Of a DNA stretch of 64,000 nucleotides, positions 46,100 through 59,216 are shown piece by piece; the stretch's first letter is position 1; every line of letters begins with the position of its first letter. The stretch is from Antedon mediterranea (taxonomy: Eukaryota; Animalia; Echinodermata). Location: contig NC_092672.1 of the NCBI RefSeq assembly GCF_964355755.1, positions 26,294,437 through 26,358,436 on the forward strand. The letters are read 5' to 3'. The notes below the pieces were generated by a model that was not told the origin of the DNA, searched no databases, and was given only the letters and a program-made list of their open reading frames with translations. Both the position numbers and the translations under genes were made by a program.

Positions 46100-48234
46100 G
46101 CAAATAAAAAAAATACAATGACAAATTTCTTATAAAATTTAAATTATGCATATTGCTATTCTATCTCAGAGGTTCGTTTTGGGAGGTGATCATTTGGGAA
46201 TGAAGAATAATTTAAAATTTCAATTGTAAGTAATACACTACTAACAATAACATTATGAGGGTCGAAACGACCATAGGCCTATATAGAATATACAACTCTC
46301 AGACGGCGACGGTTTGGTTTCATAATCTAGGACTCCTAGCTACAGAGTAGTACAGTTAGGGATCTTATTCTAGGCCTAGGCCTAGATAGATAGTCTAGCC
46401 TATGCCTACCTAGAGTAGTAGTACTTAGTAGTAGGCCTAGGGCTAGGCCTAGCCTAGTAGCCTACTAGTAGTAGGCCTAGGCCTAGGCTATATTATTATT
46501 ACTTAGACTACTACAACTACTACTAGGACTAGGCTAGCCTATACATACTTTGCTAAAACACTAAAAGTAACACAAAAGAATACTACACCTTATAGGTTAT
46601 TGCAAAGGCATTCCAATCTTAGTTTTTAGTACATTTATTACTCAACAAAGTGAAATGACGGAAATTTTGTTTTTATTTTTAATCACAGAAATACTAATGT
46701 CATGGTCGGCTGAGCAGCAGTAAAACGCTATGGAACGTCAAACACTGGCAATACAAATTACGAATTATATAAAGATAAAGCCTCTTATCTTTATTTTTTT
46801 GTTAAAGTATTATACATTCATTAGAAGTTAGCATAATAGAAGAATTATTCTAAATAACTGACAGATAACATATAACTGTAACTAAAATAATGAAGTTTAT
46901 TTGTAATCCTAATTGCGTCAACTATTTTCCAATAAACGCATATATCACTTAACAAACGCAATGTGACGTACGAAATGACCGACAAAAAAAATTGTTAACG
47001 AGTTACGTTTTTATCGTGTCGACGATAAAAATCAGACCACGAAGGTCAGTTCCAGTTCCAAAAAAGAATACTTTTTACTAAATATGGTTTCTGAATCACA
47101 GCATAATATTTAACAGTATGTTTCCTATGATATTGAAGTATTTATACGTAGGCCTAATGCAAAATATCGCTTATAAAAAATGCTAGGCCTAGGGCCTAGG
47201 CTACTAGGCCTACCTACCTCTAGAGGGTAGGCCTTTTTAGCTAGGCCTAGCTTTATCCCCATCCACCTCTCTAGCCTGCCAGCCACCTGTCCTAGCTAGT
47301 AAAAGCCTCTACTCTAGAGGCCTAGCCTAGCTAGGGCCTAGCTAGAAGTCTACCTAGCCTATTCCATTGTAGTCAGTGAGTATGGCTACTTGGCCCGGGC
47401 GGGGGCTGGTAGTGTAGTGTGGCCCTATTTCATGCATGATTTGGTTATATTTTACGAAATTGAAATTCAGAATTGTATTTTTCTTGCACAATTTATTTTA
47501 TTTGTAAATTAAATGTTAAGATTGATTGTGCTGTCTCTGACTCTGGTGGGTTGGTTGAGAAAAAATGTAGGCCTAGGCCTAGGCCTAGTTGTGTTTGTGT
47601 AAAATGCACTTTTTTCGCACAATTCAAAATTTTGCTAGGAAATCCTTGCACAATTTAAAATTGTAAACAAAGTATGCATTTTGATTCCTGATTCATGTGT
47701 CTGGCTATGAAAATGAAAGAACATTAACTATTAAATTCATTGGGTACTGAAATTTGACTAAATTAAGAATAATTTGCTACTGTAGTAATAGGCTGTACTT
47801 TTACTTAATTAGAATTTATTTATATTAGGATCGTTAATGTGTATTTTATCTATCTTTATGTACTGGATGTCTAAGGATGGATAAGCAAGCCTGCGAGCTA
47901 CAGTGATTTTAATTGCTTTTGCTTATCCTTGCCTCCTTAGATTTCCACCTGTCTTGTTTTATTTCAATTTTAAAGGCTAAATAAAGAATGAATGAATGGC
48001 TTAAAACTTGCTGGCCAGTTTACCCAGTTGTACTGCTAGAAACATTGTATTAAGTACAGTATTAGGAATTGGTAGAAAAAAAAAAACAAAAACACATACA
48101 ATATTTTCTTAAGGCACTAACTCTTAGTCAAATGTATAAAATTGTTGTAATTTTTTTTTGTAATGGTTTGTTTTTTATCCAAGAACCTGTACCTGAGTTA
48201 AGTCAATCTTTAAACAATCTTTTTCATATGACAG
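46100..48234. promoter_or_regulatory. Divergent promoter and first-intron region of OTUD3 and VPS13D, bracketed by TAGGCCTA/CTAG-rich tracts
   Basis: Both genes have acceptors just upstream of their ATG (about 46098 minus, 48234 plus). TAGGCCTA-rich tracts lie at 46370-46540 and 47150-47400. Confidence 0.55.
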
Positions 48235-48255
48235 GTATAACTTCCGACACTAAAG

Positions 48256-51200
48256 ATGTTGGAAGGTTTAGCAGCGTGGGTACTCAATACCTATCTTGGA
48301 GAATATGTTGAAAACCTTAACCAACATCAACTCTCCATTGGCTTTTTAAGTGGTAAGGTCATTCACATTATTACCAGCATTGACAATAAAACATTACTAA
48401 TCCCAACATCATCAAGAAGGTCAATAACCAATAACAATATCATTGTAATCTATATCATCATCTCCATAATCTTCCTTATCATCTTCGACACCATCATCAT
48501 TATCAATATCAGTAGCATCATCAACAGTCATCATTGCATCAGCAATTCTCTTCTTTTCATTTTTTTTGTTCAATGTATTACATATACCGTAATCTTATGT
48601 TTTTCTGTTGGAGAAAAATAAAATTGTATTGTCCCTTTGACTAATTCCAAAAAAATTAAAGATTTCGAAAAAAGGTGGGTCATCATTTTGAAGTATCATA
48701 ATAGTTTTTAACTATCACCAACAATTTTTCGAAAAAAAAAAAATTTAACTGAAATACAGACGTTTTTTGTTAAAAAAATAACTTTGACTTCCAGTCAAAG
48801 TTTTCAATCAAAACATATCCCATAATGAAACGCGCTTGTTTGGCTACTCTGTAGTTCATAATCATAAAACTTCCTCATGATCTGTGTGAAAATACCTTCT
48901 TAACCGTGACGAGTTGTAAACAATCCTAATTTAGCATATGCATAATGCGTACTCATGGTTTGAAATCTTTGTTTACTTTCGCTCGTGACGATTTTCCAGA
49001 TGAAATGTAATCAAACTAATTTACCTGTTAATTACGTAAACTTGTTGTTTTGGCTTAAATTTTCGACTTAAAGTGAATGACTTTAATATTACTTTGATAT
49101 GGCAACTTTAAATTTACAATATTTTGACCTTCATTTTTTTGTGTTTCAAGGGACAATACATCTTTAAACAAAAAAAAACATTTAATACAAAGAAAATGTC
49201 TTTGTTTTCCATACTCATCCAAGAGTATGTGAATAAAATGCCAGTAAATTTAGAATTAATAAATTCATTCATTTCATCATCAGGTGCTGTCGAACTTGAA
49301 AATCTTCCACTAAGAAAGGATGCATTGAAGGAACTTGATCTACCCTTAGAAGTCAAAGCTGGTAATGTATTCTATTTATTCAATGATATTTAAATACAGG
49401 TTGATTGTAATTAATAACAAACATGGTTTAAAATGAACAATGTCTCAAAACAAGATACTCATCCAACTTTTTGCATTTATTAATATTATAAACCCTTTTG
49501 TGTTATAGAACAAAAGAATACACTTTAGTACTTAGTAATTTAGCACACAAATAGAAATTGACAATACCGTTACAAGCCAAAGTTTGTACAGTAGATTGTC
49601 TGGTCGTGTATTGGAACCAAAATGAGCTTTTCATTTTAAGAACATTTATTAATTTCAGTAATAGCAAAATAACAATACATACGATTATAAATTCAATGAT
49701 ATTTATAAATTTTAACATACGGCTTTACCACGTTGAAACACCGGTTCTCGTCAGATCACCGAAGTTAAGCGACGTTGGGCCTGGTTAGAGCTTGGATGGG
49801 AGACCATCTGGGAATAACGGGTGCTGTATACGGAGCTGGGGTCCCGTTAGGCATTTGAAGTCAGCACTGCTGACTCTTATGGCAGCCCCTGCATCTAGTA
49901 TCTGCCTCAGACCTCTGGGTCAAGGTGGGCACTGGACGAGAGAAGCCCTTGATCAATGTTAGGACCAATCAAGGTGCTTTAAACAGTCCTGGCTTTGTTT
50001 GTGGCGGTAATTATCGCTGTTGATTTCGATTAAATAAAATAAAATAAAAATAATTAAGTAATATTAATTAAGACCATTATTGGGTATCACTATCATGTAA
50101 AACAAAGAAATGAAGAACTACAAAGCAACAAAAACATTTCATTATTTCAAAGTGTATTGTTGTGTAATTAGTAATTTTAAATTAAAAATCTTTTAAATTT
50201 TTTTTTGAAAAAAAAAATATGGATTTATTGTCTCTTTGACGAATTCCAAAAAAATAAAATATTTCGAAAAAAAGTGGGTTATTTTGAATTATCATAATAA
50301 TTATTAACTTTCACCAAAAATTAGTAAAAAAAAAAATTTAACTGAAATGCAGATGTTTTTTTGTTCAAAAAATAACTTTGACTTCCAGTCAAAGTTTTCG
50401 ATCAAAACATATCTCATAACGCAACGCGCTTGTTTGGCTACTCTGTATGCATAATCATAAAACTTCCTCGCGATCTGTGTGAAAACACCTTCTGAACCGT
50501 GACGAGTTGTAAACAATCCTAATTAGCATCATGCATAATGCATACTCATGGTTTGAAATCTTTGTTTACTTTCGCTTGTTACGATTTTCCAGACGAAATG
50601 TAATCAAATTAATTTACATGTTAATTACGTAAACTTGTTGTTGGCTCAAATTTTCAACTTAATGTGAATAACTTTAATATTACTTTGATATGGCCAATTT
50701 AAATATAGAATATTTTTCATTTTTTGTGTTTCAAGGGACAATGCATCTTTAACAATTGTTTTTACGTAATAGGTTACATTGGGCGTATCAAGTTACAGAT
50801 TCCAGTGAGACATCTTAAGAGTGAACCATGGGTCATTTCAATTGATAATCTATACTTAGTAGCTGGTCCAGCAGCTCGGTCAGCTTATAATGCAGAGAAA
50901 GAGAAATCATGGCAGAAGGATCACAAAGATAAGCAATTACAAGCATTGGAGAGCCAATGGAAGGTAACAGTGAAACATATTATTGTACATCAAAATGAAA
51001 CATTGCTGATGATAATTCATTATTATAAATTCCAGTATAGGAACAGTGTTTTGATTTCACAGAGGAGTACATATAGAAGATATTTGTACAGCACACCATA
51101 ATATCACCACTTTTCCACTGTGGTTCCGGGCCTTGATAAGATCCACATACGAGACAAAACAACATTTTAATATTTAATTAATCCTGCTATATTTAGCCTG

Positions 51201-54200
51201 AAAACCAAAATTGTCAGTACGCTATAAATGGACCTTCTACGACCCTGGTTCTTTCCCTATTCCCTTTTCTCCCAATAATAATTCACTTTTTGTTCTATTG
51301 TAGGAGTTTTTACATCACAAAATCTTAGGATTTTAATCATAGCATTTAAAACACTACAGTGTACTATAGTAAATCAATAATTCTTGGTCCTCTCTTCTTC
51401 ATCTTTTGTTGATGGTTGTTACAGAATTCAATTTTTTTGTATTATGTGTATCCTATGGACAGTTTGTCTGATATAAAATTGAAATAATATTATTAATTAT
51501 ACAGTATTGATATGTTACATTTTTTGTTCTTACTTTTTTAGGCCAAAATGGAACTAAACCTGCCAAAATCTGGCTCGTCATCGTGGTACACTTATTCAAC
51601 ATCACTTCTCTACAACATTATGGAGAACCTGCAGGTATATTTAAATTCTATTGACATTTAGTGCATGAAATTGGTATTATCCTTGTTCTTGTATCAAGAG
51701 AGTAGCAAACTTTCGTTTTGGGACAAAGGAGACAGCAATTTCTACAAAAGATTTTTAATTTTTTTGACATGCGTATAAGCCAAGTATACGTGGCTCTGTT
51801 CATTATTTGGTCGATTTTACATTCGTACTTTGTCTACTGTCTGAAGCTATTTAACACCCTCATAAATTGGATAGCAATAACACATTAATAATAACTACTT
51901 CAATTTCTCAAAACCTCCTATAACTTGAAACTCAAAATGATAGGATCAAATTGATTATGTACATATGATTGGTTTATTTTGTATTTATAATCTATCTTTT
52001 AGCTTGTAGTGAAAGATGTGCACATTCGTTATGAGGATTCAACAACAATACCAAATGAAACATTTGCGTTTGGTATCACTATAAACAGCTTGTCTGCTCA
52101 GAGTACTAATGAAAACTGGGTAAATTATAAACTATCAATATACTTATACATTTAAATTAAAGGGGTATTAACATGTGGGGAGTAACACTGTCACATATTA
52201 TGATAGTAACGTCGTTCTTCTTCATCGTTGTGTGTTCTACAATCAACATCTTGTTTATTACGGAACAAGGAGGCTTAAAAGACTACTTTAAGTGGATATG
52301 TGTAAAATTTGCTGTGTTTGTTACTAGCATGTAAACAGGCATTTCCTGAATCGTACCATCTCAGTAAATCAGTGCTGTTTTCTACGAAACTGACAGGACT
52401 TGCTTGCGCACTATGAAAGTGATCAAATGCCAGTGAATGTTAAATACACAGTTGTATTTGCCTCATGAATTATTCATGATTCAAGAGATCATGTGTGCAT
52501 AATCATCAAGGCAGCTTTGTATCCCATCAGCAATTAGTTAGCCTGGAGCATTAATACTGTGTGCAGTGTCCCAGGTTCAAGTCTGGCTCAATATATTTGT
52601 TTTTAGTGTATGGAGAAGATATTGACAGTTGTAGGCTTATATTACTGTAGAGTTTTGAAACTGCGAAGTTAATGAGTTAAAAAACAGTGCTTTATAGTAT
52701 GTGAAAATGAAAAATGTGTACTGTACCAATAACTGGAGATTAGTAATATTTATTCTTATTTCTCCTTATCTAGGAAACCAACAGTGCTAGTGAAAGTGAC
52801 AGCAAAATGCGCTTCAAGCTGATTGAACTCAAAGACTTTGCTATGTATTGGGATATGGATGCCCAGCTGCTTGGAGATCAAAGCTGGGAAGACTTGGCAG
52901 TAGGTCACATTTGCGGATTAATTAAGTCTACAAACCAAACAATTAGATAACCTTTAGGCAAATAATATATTAAAATAAATTGAAAATGATCCAAAACCAC
53001 CTACTAACCCAAAATTAATCACAAAACCAACTATAAATGCAAAGGAAAGGCAATAAAAAAAAATCCTGTATTTTCCATTGCATTATAAAAAACATTGTGG
53101 GTCTGAGATATCCAGTGAGTTGACCGACACATTAAAGATAGGTATGGGATTATCTTCATCCTATTCACAGTACTGTACATCGTTGCAAACGCTACCGCAT
53201 GTGTGGTATGTTTAATCAAGGGAATTTAACAGGAACTCATAACAGTCCTTTGGTCTTATGTCTGGCTGCGACAAATACCCACAGTGTGTACTATGTAAAT
53301 ATTCTTCACGGTGCACGGTGTCTGTTAGGGGGTGTGGAATTGATTGTATCGCAGCCACAGATAAACCTTTTGATCTTCGGAGCTCAGCATTCTGTTTGTA
53401 GATTGCCTTGGTTTAATCCTGTTTTAAAAGGGCTTGAATGCACTATAAATAAATAAGAAGTAAAACTAATAAATATATTTATTTAATCACTCGTTCTAGG
53501 CATCACTACATATTTCTACAGATAAAACTGGAAAACAAAATAATGTAAGTGCCTTATTACTTATTTTTTATATGCATTAATAGTTCTTATATTTTTGTGA
53601 TTTAGTTTCATTCATCCGCAAATATGCAATATTTTTTAGAGTAGCTGTGGAAAGCTTAGTTCTTGCAACATCAAAAAGAAAGCATTGGGACATCTTAATT
53701 GAAAAAGTACTGAGCTTCCATGGATGACACTAGAAGTATCATACAGATTCTGGAATTGAAGAAAAACACTTGTACTTTTTGTGCCACAACTAAATTATTT
53801 TTCTTTTTGCATAATACAAATATTACATGTTGATTGAGTCGGTTTGTTAATATTATTGTATTTCTCCTATGTTGTAGAAACATGAGTATCTATTGGAACC
53901 AGTTACCGCCAAAGCTAAACTGAGAAGGAATTGTTCTCCATTTCCGCTACGTTCTCGTTTAAAACCTCGCTTCATCGTTGACTTAGAACTCGATAAGATA
54001 CCACTCTCATTGTCACAAAGTCAGTATCGGTCATTAGTTGGTCTTTTAAAGGAATTCGAAAGGCACTCGCAGTCACTCAAGTTTAGGAAATACAGACCAG
54101 AGGTTCCAATAATAAACAAGTGAGTATTATTTTTATTTGCTGTTATGTATTTTGTGGCCATTACCATTTATTTTGTAATAGCAGATTTTTAAAGAAGCCT

Positions 54201-57200
54201 ATAATCTCTTTCCTATTTCAGTCTGTCCCACTATCATCATCTGAGACTATGTCTACCACAGATGCAGCAAACTCTCTATATCTGAGTGCAGACATTTCAT
54301 TTGCTTGAATTGCACTTTATAAATATCACTGCATTACACATTTATAACTATATTGAGGGCAGCATAGCTGGAAAGCAAATAATCATGAAAGCATGTTGCC
54401 TAAATATACAAACAATAGGGGCGTGGTGATTTGCTCGTCCACTTAGTAAACTGTTACCATATGACATCAATTTTATGATTTGCGCATTGAGAACTTTTTC
54501 AGTGCCAAATGTAAGACATTTTTTCAGTGAAATTTTGATGTTTTGACTGAATTATGAGTAGAAAACTCTGTAATTTGGCACAGGCATATACCTGTTCATA
54601 TGCTAGTTTAGCCTGATTATATCAATGTTCATAATTAATTCCCAGCATTGTTTTTATTCTGTTTGATATTGATTGATACAAATTATGTTAAATTTCAGTG
54701 CAAGACAATGGTGGCAGTTTGCAATTACCGGTATAATGGAAAATATAAGAGAACGCAATGAAAAAGGAACTTTAACATTCATTCAGAAGAGATTGCAAAA
54801 CAACAAGCAATATATAAGTATTTACTCAAAGATACTGACAGCTGATGTAGAAAATAACAAGGACAAGGTAACTGATTTAAGAGCCAGATAAAGGTCTTTC
54901 AAACCTGTTCCAGCACGGTTCCGGTTCGGCACCAGGAAAGAAAATCAAAAATAAATGTTTAGTTTTCACTACGCTCTACGTGGCTATGCGGCAATCAATA
55001 TGCGAGTGAAATAAAACATTGATGTTCGATTTGATTTGCCGGCAGGTGTGAAAGACCCTTTGTAAGATCTTGTTCTGTTCTGGAATCTTTTGAACTAAAA
55101 CATTACCTACCTACCTACTATAGCAACATAATGTTTTATTTCTTACTAGCAATTAAACCCACCCCAGGGCGGGTTTCAAAAGTAGTTTTGAGAAGCATTC
55201 TCAGTACATAACACCTAACGCCAGTATATCCTTATACTCACCAACCTCCATCCCTCTTCAATAACACCCCACACTCTTTTTAATAAAAAAATTCTTCCCA
55301 GGACAAATTCAATTCAACGTTAGCTTCAAAATGAGTGGGGTATACATAGCTATGACAGGCCTATGAAAACTGTGTAAATGAATAGGTGTCATATTGGCTG
55401 ATAATTAAAATATCTAATTTTGATACTGCAGCCCACGGCCTTCTTTCTAATCTCACCATCCCAGCCACAATTAACTAACCTTAACTCATCCCCTGGACAG
55501 TTCAAATTTATTAACTTTTCCTAGTACAATTCCAATCACATATTTCATTACGCCAGTATTTCCGCTCCCCCTCCTCCCTCCCAACACACCCTCCCAACAC
55601 ACCCCAGATACTGGGTGATGTGTTAAAGACGGTTCCAGTACAAATTATGTTAGCCATCACTCCCAACCCATAATCCCTCAGTAGCAGTTTTCAAATGCAG
55701 TTTAAAACATTTTAAGTACAGTTTCGGTCATGGTGATAGGCCTACATCCCCACCACAAACTCCAAGTCCCTTCCTAAGGATTATTAAAATACTGATAATA
55801 TTAAAGTAAAGTAAAGTATGGTAAAACATTTTCCAACCACAATTCTGGTCAAATTGATAGCCTACTACCCCTAGCCTAAGCAAACAAAATTCCCACTATC
55901 CTCTGACCCTCTGATTGATTACATTATGAACATACGTTATATCAAACTTTTTATAAATATAATTATATAATGATCTAGAAATGATTTTGTTGCTTAAACC
56001 AACAACTAATTGTTTTGCTCTAAAATTTATTTTTTTAAATGTACTGATGAGATTGTCAAAAATGGTTTATAATGTACTTTGTATTTACAATGTATACTAT
56101 ATATAATATACTAAGGTACCGTTTTGATCGTACGATTAATCGGGAAACCACCTCACGACAATATTAATGGGCAGCAAACTAATTTTGTGTATCGTTTTTT
56201 TATTAAGGAAGAGTTGGAGAAACTCGAGGAAGATTTAACATTTGATGAAATTCGTTTACTGAGAGAATTGGTATTTGGCCAATTAGAGAAAAGAATAGAT
56301 GATGGAGAGGTATGCTATGTATAGTTCAATAATTGTTTTTATAACACACCTGAGTGTATCCTTGCCATTTGATTGGTTAATGATGCGTCATGTGCCGTTA
56401 ATTATTAGGAAAACCGATAATGGTTCTAATGCATGTTCAACTTTTTGTCAAGAATTTGATTATTTTCTGCCAACCAAGGTTGTGACTAATCCGTGTTTGA
56501 AAACCAACCAGAGCCACTGATCATCACTGGGCCCTCTGGGAGACCAGTCTTTTACTGAAGAGGTTACCCAGTATAAATATATATCAAAATCAAAAACTCC
56601 ACATGAAAAATTATTGCCTTTTTCAATGTCATAGCCTCCTATAGCCTTTGACATTGATTCAAGTCTCAGAAAAATTTGATTTTGATACATTTTTTTAAAG
56701 GAACTGTTTAAAAAACCGACAGAAGCACCGTCACAGCAAGGCTATGGGAGCTGGCTTTGGGGATGGGGAGGATCGTCAACTGTTGAAACAGCTGCTACAC
56801 ATGATGAAGGTACAGATTCATCAGTTGATGGACCGTTGTACACTGAGGAATCAGCAAATACATTGTCTTCTTCTCCCCCTGCTTTTGGTGGGTACTTTCT
56901 ATTATCATTTTGTGTAAATACTTACTTACTTACTTATTATGTCATAAAAAGTCTGAAATTTAAATTAAGATCTAACACTCTACCTTTAGACTTATAAATG
57001 GTCCAATGATGTGTCCGGTCTTTGTACTTTATGTGGGAATGGTGAAATTGAAGACATTAAACATTTTTTTATTAAACTGTAAAGCATTTGATAATATTAG
57101 AATGAAAGAATTATCCATTCTACAAAATAATCTTGTGCTCTGTAATGATTATGACACATGAAATCGTTACACAACAGCAAGTGCTGATGATAAATTACAG

Positions 57201-59216
57201 TATATTTTAGGTGGAGATTCTATCGCGATTTGTAAAGAATCTGAGACCTTTTTTGATTAGTTTTGTAAACAATACACAAGAGCTGCATGGGAGAAACGGT
57301 CAGAACTTAAATCTCCCAATATATAGATTGTTTTTCTTTTTTATTGTTGCTTTTATATATGATTTGTAAATATTATACACCTGTGATAACAACTATAGGT
57401 CATCAGTACCTGATGTTGAAACACAATGGTTTGTAATGTAAACTCTTTTTTTTATATACCTTTTTAAATTATCAATTCAAACCTATGATACTGTAGGACA
57501 ATTTAATACAGTACCTGTATTACCATGTTGATAATGATTTTTCTTTTATATTTTTGCAAATAGTTTAAGAACCTGTATCCGTCATATAATGTATTGTTTT
57601 GATGTATTATGTTAAATTGGATGCACCACTTCTGTGTGTGCCACTGATGCAAAGGTGTCATTTCCTAATAAATTATTATTATTATAGTGCAATTGTGTAT
57701 CATTGACATTTAATTGCTAAACCACAAACTGTATTTCTATAATAAACCTGTTTTTCTATATCTTTATTACGTTTCAATTTGTAATTTTATGAAATCAGTG
57801 ATTAACATAGAGCTTGGATAGTTACATCCAATTTGGATCCAATCTAATTTGTTTATATTTATTTTTTTTAGATGAACAAGAACTAATGGACTTTATTGGC
57901 GACCCAATGGCTGACAGTACTCTACTGAGACGAGATCAAGTCTTTGTTGTTTTGAACTTTAACCTTAAGGGTGGGTCGTTCATCCTTTGCAACAGCACCT
58001 CTACAGAATCATCAGATCAGCCATCAACTATAGCTGAACTCGAGTTTACAGGTGTAACTATGAACATTGAATCTCGTCTGAGAACCAACTCAACATTTTT
58101 TGGTGCTAAATTGGGGGCGCTGTATTTAAGAGATCGAATGACTAAAGGATCTTTATTTCCAGTAATTGTTTCACCACAGCTTAAAAAGGTATTAAATATC
58201 CGTTACCCTTTTACACCACAGATTTAAATTGTAAACAGAAAATACAGAAATATGATTTGAGTACAGATGGGAAAAGATGTTTCTCATGTAATCAATCAAC
58301 TACTGTTTTCGAGTGGTTAGGGCACAGGCACTGCAAACTATAGCCATAACGATGGACGATAAATATATAAAAATGCATTTTTTTTACATAAAACAAAATA
58401 AATTAGAAAGGTTTTCGTTCTAGAACTATAGGATAATCATTTATGCTGTCTTTGATAAAAATAATATTTTTTAAATTCCAATCAAATGACGTCATGATAA
58501 ATAAAAACAATAAAATCGTTCTATTGTCACGATATTATTGCTCTTACTAATCATGACGTCATTTGATTTGACGTGTGAGAATATCATTTTCATCAAAGGA
58601 AGCATAGAAGGTTATTCTATAGTCTATTGTCTATTTATTGTCTATCGTTATCGTCCTAGTGTAAATGGGCCTAAGGCTCTCCTAGAGCTTGTGTGCACCT
58701 TGAAGAACACATAAGTGGGGCTTACCCAAGTGTACTTTTCCATCTCAAATAACATATATTTAGCATGTGAGGCAGTAAGGAGACACAATAAGGAAGGTTC
58801 AGTTCAGTTCAAAAAACATTTATTTGTTCAACAATGGCATTATACAGTATAATATATAGATGTGTACATAAATGAAAACATTAGTAATAAGCCATCATTT
58901 GGGGTCTTCTCTAGAAGAAATCAAGAAGGATAAGGATGATGAACTGCAAATTTAAAATTAAAACCGGACAAATTTAAAGTTTGAATTATTTGTTATATAA
59001 TCATCAAATCAAATTATATTTATAATAAATATTAAACATTTTCTTTTAGGATGAGGTAGTATCACAATCAAGGACTCAGTTTGGGTTGTTTTCTCGGTTA
59101 ACCAATCCATCGCCTTATCAGAATCAAGCTACTAGCATAACCCGACAAAAGTCTGAAGATGTACTCTTTGAAATGACATATGAATCTAACCCTCCAGGCA
59201 CAAATGTTGACTGCAA
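48256..59216 (+). CDS. VPS13D: Bridge-like lipid transfer protein VPS13D, first 13 coding exons (gene continues beyond the window)
   Basis: Exons 48256-48352, 49284-49361, 50773-50963, 51542-51634, 52003-52119, 52774-52899, 53500-53544, 53878-54119, 54699-54867, 56208-56309, 56701-56887, 57872-58188 and 59050-59216. Chorein-N reads [18 protein letters not shown]...[21 protein letters not shown]; [13 protein letters not shown] is VPS13D-like. Confidence 0.93.
48618..49167 (+). mobile_element. TTAA-type MITE of about 540 bp, second family; second copy at about 50215-50752
   Basis: TGTATTGTCCCTT...AAGGGACAATACATCT-TTAA; internal sequence very similar between the two copies. Confidence 0.75.
49715..50050 (+). 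mobile_element. 5S rRNA-derived SINE (SINE3-type)
   Basis: 49715-49830 is a nearly full-length 5S rRNA-like head (TACGGC..TACCAC..CTCGTCAGATC..GAAGTTAAGC..GGGCCTGGTTAG..CTTGGATGGGAGACC..CTGGGAATA..GGGTGCTGTA). No T-tract terminator follows. A body of about 200 bp ends in a (TAAAA)n tail. Confidence 0.8.
50215..50752 (+). mobile_element. TTAA-type MITE of about 540 bp, second copy
   Basis: Direct repeat of 48618-49167. Confidence 0.75.
54892..55039. mobile_element. Short Tourist-like MITE (TIR GGTCTTTCACACCTG); related partial copy at about 35840-35992
   Basis: aggtctttcaaacctg...caggtgtgaaagaccct. The segment ccggaaccgtgccggaacaggtgtggaagaccc at 35959-35991 matches it in reverse complement. 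Confidence 0.6.
56511..56595 (+). mobile_element. 5'-truncated 3' tail of the Deu/Nin SINE family or of its partner LINE
   Basis: gccactgatc..actgggccctctgggagaccagtctt..actgaagaggttacccagtataaa matches the reverse complement of 43670-43738. Confidence 0.75.
58345..58671. mobile_element. Fold-back MITE (largely palindromic)
   Basis: ataacgatggacgataaata pairs with tatttattgtctatcgttat; atcaaatgacgtcatgat pairs with atcatgacgtcatttgat. Confidence 0.6.

Noticed and set aside
46252-46275. ttatgagggtcgaaacgacc as a second hammerhead
   Set aside because: Lacks CTGANGA, and GAAA sits in the hairpin loop rather than after stem II.
48353-48621. Ile-rich hydrophobic extension of the ORF 48256-48621
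   Set aside because: Read-through into intron 1 across an (ATC)n-like low-complexity tract after the GT donor at 48353.
49715-49830. Functional 5S rRNA gene
   Set aside because: Several substitutions relative to the remembered 5S consensus, no oligo-T terminator, and continuation into a SINE-like body and tail.
53090-53458. GC-richer intronic segment ending in AATAAATAA, possible SINE body or ncRNA
   Set aside because: No recognisable Pol III head, snoRNA boxes or second copy in the window; cannot be supported.
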